Below are positions 1 through 9,495 of a stretch of DNA of 64,000 bases, one piece after another; positions within the stretch are counted from its first letter, which is position 1, and each line of letters starts with the position of its first letter. The notes under the pieces were generated by a model, which was not told the origin of the DNA, searched no databases, and saw only the letters and a program-made list of their open reading frames with translations. Where the stretch lies: assembly GCA_000002435.2 (NCBI GenBank), contig CM018792.1, one strand, 5' to 3'. A program made the translations under genes and the position numbers. Source of the DNA: Giardia intestinalis (Eukaryota).

Positions 1-2
1 CC

Positions 3-812
3 GACCTGTACACTTGGTTCAACACGGAATTTCAGGCCAAGGCAAATTCTGGTTCGGACCGTGAGGCACTCTACGTCGTCCAGAAGTATCTCGACAACCC
101 TCTCGTTGTCTGCGGTCACAAGTTTGATCTCCGCATCTACTGCCTGGTGGAATCATTTCAACCCCTTGTAGCGTGGATCTGCCGTGAGGGATTTGCACGC
201 TTCAGCCTGCGACCATTCACCGCAAATGCCGACACGCGGGATCTAGAGGTTCACTTGACCAACGTTGCTATTCAGAAGAATTCTACTAACTATGACTCTA
301 GGGCCGATGGAGCCAAGTGGAGCCTCTTTCAACTGGGTTGCTACTTGGAGACCATCTATGGAAGAGAACAGATAGATATTATGTTTCTGCGCATTGAGCA
401 GCTCATTATCCGCTCTCTCCAAGCCGTTGCGAATGATATGATCAAGTCACTGTGCATGTTTGAGATCTATGGCTTCGATGTCATGTTAGACAGTAGCCTG
501 AAGCCCTGGTTGATAGAAATAAATGCAAGCCCATCACTATCTGCAGACACCCGCGAAGACTCCATTGTTAAGCGCAGGATGCTCCACGATGCAATTAGCA
601 TTCTCGGTGTCGATGTGCCAAAGCCCTCTCCTGACTGCGTTCGATTTGGATGCTGGAATAAGTGTTATAGTGGCAGGGTGCCGAAGTTCACACAGATCGG
701 TGATCCTGCACGCTTTGAGAAGGAATTGGCGGCCGGATATGTGTCCCCCAAACGGGCTTCACTCGGGTGCGCCAGCGAACGAGTTTGGGGGATGATGGTA
801 TCTTCCCTGTAG
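3..812 (+). CDS. Tubulin-tyrosine ligase-like (TTL/TTLL family) protein, 5' end outside window
   Basis: The frame-3 translation from position 3 is open to the stop at 810-812. It contains TTL-domain motifs KFDLRIYCLV, HLTNVAIQK and PWLIEINASPSL. It is clearly paralogous to the TTL-like protein at 37877-39088. Confidence 0.8.
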   Translation, partial: DLYTWFNTEFQAKANSGSDREALYVVQKYLDNPLVVCGHKFDLRIYCLVESFQPLVAWICREGFARFSLRPFTANADTRDLEVHLTNVAIQKNSTNYDSRADGAKWSLFQLGCYLETIYGREQIDIMFLRIEQLIIRSLQAVANDMIKSLCMFEIYGFDVMLDSSLKPWLIEINASPSLSADTREDSIVKRRMLHDAISILGVDVPKPSPDCVRFGCWNKCYSGRVPKFTQIGDPARFEKELAAGYVSPKRASLGCASERVWGMMVSSL

Positions 813-903
813 CTTTCTTAAAGGGCTACACCATCTCGCATAGTTGTCACTCTTACTACTTTTCTTCCTATGGGGCTGAGGGCTGGGATGCTAAAAATAA
901 TTC

Positions 904-3825
904 ATGATCCTTCTCATTGCAGAGAAGCCCTCAATCGCAGAGATGATCTCGCGGAACTATGGCGAGGGAGCAAAGAAGCTGGATAACGTGTCGTTCCCAA
1001 CGTACACCTTTGTGCAATCATTTGAAGGCTCTAAGGAGACCTTCATGTGTACTTCTGTGGCAGGCCACGTTTTTGAGATAGACTTTGATGCAGAGCTTAA
1101 TGGGTCTTCTGTGCCTCAGGAAAGGCTTTTTGAGCGGGGCCATGTTCATTATTCTTTCACTGACTCGGGGTCGACTGTTGCAAAGCACTTAAAGAGCATT
1201 GGGGGGAAAGCCATGCAGCTAATCCTTTGTTTGGACAACGATCGTGAGGGAGAAAATATTTGCTTTGAGGTTTTGAAGGTCCTCAAACCCACTTTACGAT
1301 CAGATTGTCGGGTCAGACGCGCGCGCTTCTCTGCAGTCACAAAGGCGGAGATACAGAACGCATTTCGTAATCTAGATAAGCCAGACCAGAATCTCTCGGA
1401 TGCAGTCGAAGCCCGTCAGGAACTCGATCTTAAAATAGGGGTGGCATTCACTCGGTTTCAGACTGCACACCTACATGCACAGTTTGCAGATCTTCAATCA
1501 TCTGTTATATCGTATGGACCGTGCCAGACTCCCACGCTGAGTTTCTGTGTTTCTCGCCACGACGAAATCCAGCGGTTCCGGCCGAAGCAGATCTTCAGTT
1601 TGGATGTTTGTGCTTTGATTGGGGACCAACCCCATTCTCTCAGATGGCAGGGGGTTCCGTCCGAGAGTCGGGAGGTCATTGAGGAAAAGCGAACTGGCCT
1701 CTTTGGGAAGAGTGCAACGAAGTGCTTGAAAGTCTTGAGCTTTAAAAGCAGCAAGAGTACTCTTCCTCGCCCCTTGCCAATGAATACCGTTGCGCTACTT
1801 AAGGCAGCTTCAACGGTGCTCGGTCTCTCTCCTAACTCTGCAATGGCGTTGGCAGAGCGCCTATATATTGCTGGATACATTTCTTATCCAAGAACTGAGT
1901 CCACCACATATCCCAGTGGTTACAATCTGCGAGAAATTGTACTTGCGCTTAAAGAATCTTCGTCTACTAGAATTTCACAGTGTGCCCAAAACCTCCTGCC
2001 ATCCTCCAAGAAATCATCTGATGAAAGTGTGAGATACACTAATCCGCGGAGGGGGACAGACCAAGGCGACCATCCTCCCATTATGCCCACTGGGCTAATC
2101 CCTCACGATGTCAGTAGCAACGAGTTGAGTCTCTACAATCTGATAACTAAGCACTTCCTGGCAACAGTTTCTCCTGACGCAGTTTATAGCCATAGCTCGC
2201 TAACTCTTCAATCCGTTGACATGCCCTCCGAAACGTTTCTACTCTCTATTACGGACGTCGTAGACCAGGGTTGGAAGGCTCTATACAGTGCTACGGAGTT
2301 CAGTAGCATGCGGGACAACGATCTGAGCGATGACCTTGCCGACGAGAGCATTTCGCTCAGCAAGGAAACGCTGCAAGCAATCTCTGCAACTGGTGCAACG
2401 CTGACTATAGCCTCGGCTGCCATCAAAGCAGGGATGACGAAGCCACCAGGATATCTCTCTGAATCAGACTTACTTGGCCTGATGGAAAAGCATGGAATTG
2501 GGACCGACGCGAGCATGGCCACCCACATAGGAAATATAGTGACTAGGGCGTATGTCGAGCTCCGCGTTACGGGACGACGGCGCTGCCTGGTGCCGACGTC
2601 GATGGGGATCAGCCTCATCCACGGCTACCAGCTTATTGACGGGGACCTGTCCTCCCCCCAGCTGCGGGCAAGCATTGAAAGGGATGTCACGAGGATTGCT
2701 GAAGGAAAGATTAGGAAGGACGTCCTTGTTAATCAAGTTCTTTCGAAGTTTCTAACCAAGTTCCTACATTTTAAGCAGAACATTGGTAAGCTAGAAGCAC
2801 TTCTAAACGCGAAGTTTACCTCTATTAAGAAGGCCGGCCGGCCATTTATTCTTTGTGGAGAGTGCCATCGCTATACCGATCTCATAGAACAGTACCCGCC
2901 ACGTGTGTACTGTGTAACGTGTGATAAGCTTTACACAATTCCCATGCGTGGAACGTTCATAGAGATACCCAGTCGCAAATGCCCTTACGACGGCTGGCCT
3001 CTGATTCTACACATGGCAGAGGCCACACAAAAGCGAACCTTCTTTTGTCTCCACTGCTACACATTTGGATTGAATAAAGAAGAAGCACTTACGCAACTGC
3101 AAACCGTGGCAGCAGATGGCAGTACTGATATCGAACAGACAAAGGCCATAACTTGTGGGATGTGCCTAAACAGTCTGTGCCAGATGAGCCTTCTTAAAAC
3201 CCAAGTGGGAGCCTGCTGGCACTGCAACGCAGATGGTCGGCCCATGCTAAGTGTGAACAGAGATGGCCCTGATTCCAGTCCAGGGGCAACAAACGATACT
3301 CTAGCCGTTGCACGTTCCCCAGAAGCGCAAGAGCAGACACCAGAGAAGAGCGCAGAGTTAGCATCCGCCCCAGTACAGCCTAAGAAGATATCAATCACTA
3401 TAAAGCCTCAAGCGAAGATCAGTCTTAACATTCCACAAGCAAATAAGTCATCGGGAAGTGCATCAGCTGTGCCTAGTCCAAACAAGGCTAGTAGCTTAGC
3501 CGAACTAGTTGGCGGGTACTTGTGCTTAGATGTGGGGACAGCCCGAAGGCTCCCAGGGATTTACTGCAACCGCTGTAACTTCCAAATTGCGTTTCAAGAG
3601 TGCAAGCTGAGCCTTTCGTCGGATTTTTGTGCGTGTGGTCGTATAAAGCTCAGGGCCACAGACCTTTTGGATAAAAAGTCTGCAAGCAGCGAGGTGTTTG
3701 GGTGTGTGCACTGTAATGATGAATTGTTCCAGACAGTATCTGAGTACAAAGATGGCTCAGGTCGTCATCCCCGTCGCGCAGCTCAGCCGAAGAGGCACGG
3801 ACCAAGGGGTCGCAAACACAGATAG
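904..3825 (+). CDS. TOP3: DNA topoisomerase III (type IA) with C-terminal array of C4 zinc ribbons
   Basis: ATG start is preceded by the AT-rich sequence gctaaaaataattc. It has the Toprim motif LDNDREGENI and the type IA active-site motif GYISYPRTEST. There are five CxxC...CxxC zinc-ribbon motifs in the C-terminal 300 aa. Confidence 0.88.
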   Translation: MILLIAEKPSIAEMISRNYGEGAKKLDNVSFPTYTFVQSFEGSKETFMCTSVAGHVFEIDFDAELNGSSVPQERLFERGHVHYSFTDSGSTVAKHLKSIGGKAMQLILCLDNDREGENICFEVLKVLKPTLRSDCRVRRARFSAVTKAEIQNAFRNLDKPDQNLSDAVEARQELDLKIGVAFTRFQTAHLHAQFADLQSSVISYGPCQTPTLSFCVSRHDEIQRFRPKQIFSLDVCALIGDQPHSLRWQGVPSESREVIEEKRTGLFGKSATKCLKVLSFKSSKSTLPRPLPMNTVALLKAASTVLGLSPNSAMALAERLYIAGYISYPRTESTTYPSGYNLREIVLALKESSSTRISQCAQNLLPSSKKSSDESVRYTNPRRGTDQGDHPPIMPTGLIPHDVSSNELSLYNLITKHFLATVSPDAVYSHSSLTLQSVDMPSETFLLSITDVVDQGWKALYSATEFSSMRDNDLSDDLADESISLSKETLQAISATGATLTIASAAIKAGMTKPPGYLSESDLLGLMEKHGIGTDASMATHIGNIVTRAYVELRVTGRRRCLVPTSMGISLIHGYQLIDGDLSSPQLRASIERDVTRIAEGKIRKDVLVNQVLSKFLTKFLHFKQNIGKLEALLNAKFTSIKKAGRPFILCGECHRYTDLIEQYPPRVYCVTCDKLYTIPMRGTFIEIPSRKCPYDGWPLILHMAEATQKRTFFCLHCYTFGLNKEEALTQLQTVAADGSTDIEQTKAITCGMCLNSLCQMSLLKTQVGACWHCNADGRPMLSVNRDGPDSSPGATNDTLAVARSPEAQEQTPEKSAELASAPVQPKKISITIKPQAKISLNIPQANKSSGSASAVPSPNKASSLAELVGGYLCLDVGTARRLPGIYCNRCNFQIAFQECKLSLSSDFCACGRIKLRATDLLDKKSASSEVFGCVHCNDELFQTVSEYKDGSGRHPRRAAQPKRHGPRGRKHR

Positions 3826-4183
3826 CCATCAAGTGCTTGCTATTATGTAAACTACTTCCTACTCCATTAAATATTTAGACGCGCAGTTCTGGCTATGGGA
3901 CCGAAACTTTTGAAGAGCGAGTCAGCTATGAGTTTATGGATGAAAACGCAGTTCAATCAGATCGTGCGGTATATAAGTATAAGATACATAACCGTAGAGT
4001 GCTAATCACGACCCACCGAGTAGTTGATAATTCATCAATCACTGGCAGGGCAAATCACTCACCAGAACCAGCTAGTTCAATTTGTGCTTCGGACTTTAGA
4101 TCTGCTGATCTAGACTTTATTCCACTAACGGATACTTTTAGATCAGTTGTTCACCACTTGGTGGTACTCTCTGTGACGTCACC

Positions 4184-5488
4184 TTGTGCGTGATGCAGTG
4201 CCCCAGTTCCGCCTGTTGCTGCTGCCAATGGAGGCCCGCCATAACGTTCTACGCAGTCTTTCTGATCAGCCTTGCGCTCCAACTGGCGACAGAGGAGTGC
4301 ACAACCGTCTCTGGTGATCAGCCCGACACTTGCAAGGCCTGTAGCGCCGTCATCAACGGCAAGAAGTACTGCTCCCAGTGCAACGGCGGTGGGTCTCAAT
4401 CTGCCCCAACGGACGGAGTGTGCTCAGCAGACAACAACGAATGCCCCTAAAAGAACAACGGAGTATGTACACAGTGCGCTCATGAGTCCTTCATGTACAA
4501 GAGCGGATGCTACAAGGATAGCCAGGCACCTGGCAACACGATGTGTGAAACAGCAACTGATGGAGTGTGCACACTAACTAAGGCTGGATACTTCGTGCCG
4601 CCGGGCGCAGACGCCTCTCACCAGTCGGTCATACCATGTGGAGACGAAGAGGAAATAACAGTTAAAGATGGCAAGAAGTACAAGGGTGTGCCGCACTGCA
4701 CTCGGTGTAATACGCCTGACGCAGCAACCGATGCTAACGCCAAGGCTGCCACGTGCACGGCTTGTGAAGACGGGTACTTTGTAGATAGTAGTAAAGGGTG
4801 CACTGCCTGTGATGGTAGTTGTAAGACGTGTGAGGCCACAAGAGATACTAAGCGCAAGTCTTGTACAGAGGAAACACACTTCCTTGGGGCAGCTTCTGGT
4901 GGAGAAGGCAAGTGCATATCGTGCGGAGATGCATCTGACAGTACATGGAAGGGCGTCGATGGGTGCCTGAAGTGCACTACATCGGGAAAAAACACCCCTG
5001 CCACATGCACTGAGTGCCAAGAAGGCAAGTACCTGAAAGGCGGCGATCCCACTAGTTGTATTCTCAGAAACGCATGCACCGGAACACACTTCCCCAACGA
5101 CAATGCAGAGAATAAGAAGAAGTGTCTTCCTTGTGGTGATCATGTTAACGGTGGTATAGAGCACTGCTTGGAATGCGCACTGATCGAAGGTCAAGTTGAA
5201 GGGGTCCTTGTTACGTGCACTAAGTGTAGTACTAGAAAGAAGGTGAGCCCCGGGAGGAAGTCATGTGTGGATGGCTGTCCCAGCAACTCCACTGATGATA
5301 ACTCTGTCTGTGTGTGCAACGATGGGTACAGCCCTGACAGCAGTGGGGCCTCCTGTGTGTCCTCTGGCAGTAATAGGAGCGGGCTCTCCACGGGGGCCAT
5401 CGCGGGGATCTCCGTGGCTGTCATCGTCGTCGTGGGGGGTCTCATAGGGTTCCTCTGCTGGTGGTTCATATGTAGAGGGAAGGCGTGA
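4184..5488 (+). pseudogene. Variant-specific surface protein (VSP) interrupted by an in-frame TAA at 4448-4450, with an atypical N-terminus
   Basis: ORFs 4184-4450 and 4493-5488 are in the same frame and are separated only by a TAA. VSP-like CxxC-rich sequence runs straight across the stop (..DNNECP*KNNGVCTQCAHESFMYKSGCY..). The C-terminus is the canonical VSP tail [33 protein letters not shown]. An AGTGAAT polyA signal lies at 5496-5502. The N-terminus has its hydrophobic signal-like segment ITFYAVFLISLALQLA preceded by a 16-aa extension, and the first ATG is at 4193. Confidence 0.7.
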
Positions 5489-5495
5489 CTTGGGT

Positions 5496-5502
5496 AGTGA
5501 AT
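5496..5502 (+). promoter_or_regulatory. Polyadenylation signal AGTGAAT downstream of the VSP pseudogene
   Basis: AGTRAAY, 8 nt after the TGA. Confidence 0.55.
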
Positions 5503-5745
5503 TCATTGTCGACAAGCCTGCCGGTGGCGCCTGGATATCATTAGTTTGTAACTGTCTAAGTTAATCATCCATTCGCCCTTAGTGTCGTTGTGTGCATAGA
5601 AGTATACATTGTACGAACTATCTTACACTCTGGGAGCGTATGGGAGCAAGTACGCAGAAGGAGAACCGGTACTATAGGCACAATCGTCCATTGGCTCTAG
5701 ATTCTGCTGAAAAAGAACAAATTCCTTTTGTGCAATTGTGAGTTA

Positions 5746-8700
5746 ATGTGCAGTCGGTGGGAGCAGCGTCTCTTCACCAAAGAAGTAGCTGATGCTCTCC
5801 TGATAGCTAAAGATGCAGTTGAGTGCCCGGAAGCTGAACTTACACCCATCTCCAAGCATTTCAATCTTGGTGGATTAGACTATGCTATGTGCTTTATCAC
5901 TAGACATAAAGGCAGTCATCAGCAAGAGGAATTGAATAGGCACTGCTTTGGCTCTACCAGTGCCCGACTAGAGAACTGTCCTAGAATGAACTCGCATGAT
6001 ATCTCCGTCCTCACCCACTTTGGTCTCCCATGCTCGTTTCTTCTCTACGCTTGTACGGACCGTTCTCTTGGGTGTCCACTGAAAACCTCTATTCCCCCAA
6101 AAGATACGGCAAAGGCAACAAAGCCCACAGAGTCACTTCTTCAATTGCTTGAACTCCTTGTCTATTCGGCTGCCACACAGGTACACCTGGATCAGATATA
6201 TCCTTTTCTAATTCAAGTCCCGATTTATCAACAGGGGCACTCTATCGCCATGTTTGCATTGAGGGGTTGGTATCGATCTTGCCATATGTCCGGAATCATT
6301 AATGGCATGGGTATATCTTCCAGCTTTGGTGTGGGAGAGATGAAAAGCTATGACTGCCTTCAGAGTTCTCACGAAAGCACCGAAACACATAGCGCTGACT
6401 CCCTCCACTCTGTGCACGCTCTTGCTTTCCTTCGAGATACCAAAGATGTTATGCGTGGTCTGCCTAGAAGCTCAACCATAGGGCCTGTTCCTCTGCTGTC
6501 GTGTTATTATACAGATATACTTGCTAGTGCCCCTAACTCTTTATCTAGAACCCCCAGTCTCCCGTACAATGGGCACCTAGTTCGACGAATGGATCTCTTG
6601 CAGAGGACACTATCTTTTTCTGATCTAAAAGACTTCGTCACCGACGCTCTAGGACGAAGCAAGTCTCAGCGACATATTGCAGCAAAGAATTCTGCCAAGA
6701 CAGCCCTTGTTTCTCTCTCGAAATCGCTGAAGATGAATACGGACGAAATTCTGTGGCCATTGACAGATATCTTGCCGACTGACGTTAACAAGAACGTCTA
6801 CCTTACTAACATCTACCAAAACACCTATAAGCAACCTTTTAAATGCTACCTTAACGTGATGCTCTCACGCATCATTCCATTAGACTTTCCATTGACAGCA
6901 CACGTGCCGCGAATGTACCTGAACAGCATCGCCACAGGCATCCCTAGCAACTTTGGATCCGTGTGGAAGATTTTTGCCAGATGTCCTGCAGAGGCCTTCG
7001 TTCGAGGAAAGGCCATTGAATCAGTGGTTCTGCACTGCTATGCAACCGATTTTGATCAAGATTTCCTTACAACATATGCAAACATTCTATGCAGAGTACG
7101 CTCCAATCTTGAAAGCGGGGTGTCTGTATCTCTCCTTGGAAAAAAGACCCGCAGAGCTAACATAGACACCTTTAGGAGGAAGCATGTTAATGACCCTGCC
7201 ACCAATTTCAATAGTACCGACTGCAAAGGATCTCTGTCAAAACAGACTGTGCTCTCCACCAATGGCCATAAGGATCCATACACCGTATATGTGAAAAAGC
7301 TAACTGAGTACAGACAGGCTCGTGCTCTGGAGCACAAACGTAATACCATAGTTATAGGCGACTCCACTTTACCGGTTCTTCTTCCTGCTGGGATACCGTT
7401 GCACAATTCTCTGCACATTTTATCTCTTGCAATACACTTTGGTCTAGCAGCTATCGAGAGCTTCGGCGCTGCGAGTGCAGATATCGATGATGCACCTGTC
7501 TGGGCATTTGCTCCCTTCTTTGCAGAGCTATCTCAGACAGGCGATCTCCAAAAGGCCGTGCCCGGGTGTGCAGCTGTGGCAAATCTGTTGTCTGTAACGG
7601 AGAAGTATCTGCAATTTAGCTATGGACATACTGCACCGAGAAGCATGGAGTCTGTATCTGTAGATTGTTCTGTCTATATATCTCATAATACCACTCTGGC
7701 AGCTCTGGCTCTGGCAGAAGAACAGTCGGCTACACCGCAAGGAACAACCCAGACAGGGTCGGGCGAAATATTAGCGAGCCACAAAGTCCTAAATACCAGC
7801 ATAGACTATATTCTTGGATGTCACCAGGGAGCCAACACTACTGGGGATAATCACCACTGTGGACGCCGCCGCACACCCCTCAAAAAGCCTCCATGCTACT
7901 CGTCTCCATTGTCCCAGCAATTCTACTCCCTACACAGCGAACTCTATTGTCCTGAAAACTGTCTTCTTTGCAGAGTTGCCGGGGTGGCCTCTGGAATTTC
8001 TGAGGCCCAGGGAGTTTTAGTACTAGTCAAGACGCTGATTTCACGGCTCATGGCCATGTTTCACAGTGGAGACTCAATACCCTATGTTGGCTATACATTT
8101 GAGATAACTCGGCACGCTACCATATACCAGGTACTGGCAAAGGCAAACCAATGTCTTAGGCTCTATCAGGCATCTACTAGCAACAATAGCAATAGCAGCT
8201 CCATGAGCTTTGATGATAGAGGAAAAGCATTAACAAAGTTCGGGTTAAATAAGGTCACAATGAGCCTCCCTTCGCCAACGTTCCATGATCTTAAAAGCGA
8301 GCTCTCTAAGGAGCCACGGAATACAATGCTGTATTCCTTAATTTGTAAGAACTTTCTTTACTTTTTGCTGCAAGCAGGCGCTCAGCTATTGGAGAGAACA
8401 ATTAGCGAGGAAGCATTAGTCAAGGGGGTCTTGGAACACATGCTGGCTCGTGGCGACTATGCTGGATATGCACCAAAGAACCTTGTCAGTGCATATCCAT
8501 CCATGTTCAAGGAGCCTTCTTACACAGACTATCCTCCAATACTCACCACTGAGGCGTTAGGCATCATTCCAATAGGTAGAACAACAGGAATCCTAACATT
8601 TGTTCCGAAGACGAGCGCTGCCTTGACTGAGGATGCCTCGTATCTCTGCCTCATTTACCCTTACCCCAATAGCTTTGTGGAGCAATGTGCACGGACCGTA

Positions 8701-9492
8701 ATCCGAGAGTTCGTGAATCTGGAGAACGGACAAGAAAAAAGGACACTCTTAGAGAGAATGCGGATGTTACGTGAAACAGCACTGGATCTAGACTTTTATG
8801 ACATTGGCCTGCGTGCCTTAGAAAGCCTGTTTGTCTCTGAAAGCACCGAATACATTCTCTACACGCTTGCATCCATTCGGGCCATCAATTACGTGATAGA
8901 GGTGTCTGAGGTTGGCTTCGAGGCTATTAACGGAATCCCTCTCTTCGACGCTTTACTCGATTGCAGCCCTAGCTCTGAACAAGAGGACAGGGACACCAAG
9001 TATAGCTGTCTAGCTTTTCCAGAGCTGCCTAGTGACAGATTACTCCTCTTACCATTTAGGGTCCATAAAGGACAGCCTTCTTCAGAAGAGGACGTGTCGT
9101 TGATTGCTATGAAGAGGAGCATATCTCTCTTGAAGAAGATGTGTGCTCCATACTATCGTAGGGAATACATTATTGCGTGCTCCTCGCTTCTGAGTGAGAT
9201 CCTTGGGGTGCAACTGCCCTTGGCATACACTATGTGCCTTCAACCAGTGGCCCTGGATCCCGGAGAGAGAGATCTTGCATTTAAAAGAATAGAGAAGCGG
9301 CTACTGCCGTTGTTTTGGGAAGCAACCCTTATAACGAGTTTTATGACGGGCGATGACACTCAACATCATCGCTGCTACATGCAATTTTTAAAGCCAGAGC
9401 TAATTCATCATTCGTTTACACCGACCTTTCGGCATTGTGTGGGATTTACCCTGTCTAACTCTGTGTTTAAGAGTAAGAAGCAGGAACTTTAA
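5746..9492 (+). CDS. Large hypothetical protein (~1248 aa), no recognisable domain
   Basis: Long uninterrupted ORF. The track start at 5728 is a TTG, and the first ATG is at 5746. The stop TAA is at 9490-9492. Confidence 0.6.
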   Translation: MCSRWEQRLFTKEVADALLIAKDAVECPEAELTPISKHFNLGGLDYAMCFITRHKGSHQQEELNRHCFGSTSARLENCPRMNSHDISVLTHFGLPCSFLLYACTDRSLGCPLKTSIPPKDTAKATKPTESLLQLLELLVYSAATQVHLDQIYPFLIQVPIYQQGHSIAMFALRGWYRSCHMSGIINGMGISSSFGVGEMKSYDCLQSSHESTETHSADSLHSVHALAFLRDTKDVMRGLPRSSTIGPVPLLSCYYTDILASAPNSLSRTPSLPYNGHLVRRMDLLQRTLSFSDLKDFVTDALGRSKSQRHIAAKNSAKTALVSLSKSLKMNTDEILWPLTDILPTDVNKNVYLTNIYQNTYKQPFKCYLNVMLSRIIPLDFPLTAHVPRMYLNSIATGIPSNFGSVWKIFARCPAEAFVRGKAIESVVLHCYATDFDQDFLTTYANILCRVRSNLESGVSVSLLGKKTRRANIDTFRRKHVNDPATNFNSTDCKGSLSKQTVLSTNGHKDPYTVYVKKLTEYRQARALEHKRNTIVIGDSTLPVLLPAGIPLHNSLHILSLAIHFGLAAIESFGAASADIDDAPVWAFAPFFAELSQTGDLQKAVPGCAAVANLLSVTEKYLQFSYGHTAPRSMESVSVDCSVYISHNTTLAALALAEEQSATPQGTTQTGSGEILASHKVLNTSIDYILGCHQGANTTGDNHHCGRRRTPLKKPPCYSSPLSQQFYSLHSELYCPENCLLCRVAGVASGISEAQGVLVLVKTLISRLMAMFHSGDSIPYVGYTFEITRHATIYQVLAKANQCLRLYQASTSNNSNSSSMSFDDRGKALTKFGLNKVTMSLPSPTFHDLKSELSKEPRNTMLYSLICKNFLYFLLQAGAQLLERTISEEALVKGVLEHMLARGDYAGYAPKNLVSAYPSMFKEPSYTDYPPILTTEALGIIPIGRTTGILTFVPKTSAALTEDASYLCLIYPYPNSFVEQCARTVIREFVNLENGQEKRTLLERMRMLRETALDLDFYDIGLRALESLFVSESTEYILYTLASIRAINYVIEVSEVGFEAINGIPLFDALLDCSPSSEQEDRDTKYSCLAFPELPSDRLLLLPFRVHKGQPSSEEDVSLIAMKRSISLLKKMCAPYYRREYIIACSSLLSEILGVQLPLAYTMCLQPVALDPGERDLAFKRIEKRLLPLFWEATLITSFMTGDDTQHHRCYMQFLKPELIHHSFTPTFRHCVGFTLSNSVFKSKKQEL

Positions 9493-9495
9493 AAA

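Noticed and set aside
3826-4183. ORF 3936-4193 (85 aa) in the TOP3-VSP gap
   Set aside because: No initiator context, odd composition, and it overlaps the VSP leader region. It is likely non-coding.
4574-5194. Antisense ORFs inside coding genes (for example 4574-5194 -, 10944-11381 -, 15705-16022 -, 24873-25496 -, 25824-26303 -, 59642-60250 - and 59946-60458 -)
   Set aside because: They are shadow ORFs opposite well-supported genes, with no independent start context or homology.
5728-5745. N-terminal extensions in the ORF track that begin at TTG or GTG (ORF starts at 5728, 13387, 16065, 19266, 27902, 34889, 37829, 41027, 45768 and 4184)
   Set aside because: Direct reading shows the first codon is TTG or GTG, not ATG. 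Giardia initiates at ATG right after an AT-rich element, so starts were moved to the first in-frame ATG, which in several cases is supported by paralogue N-termini or signal peptides.
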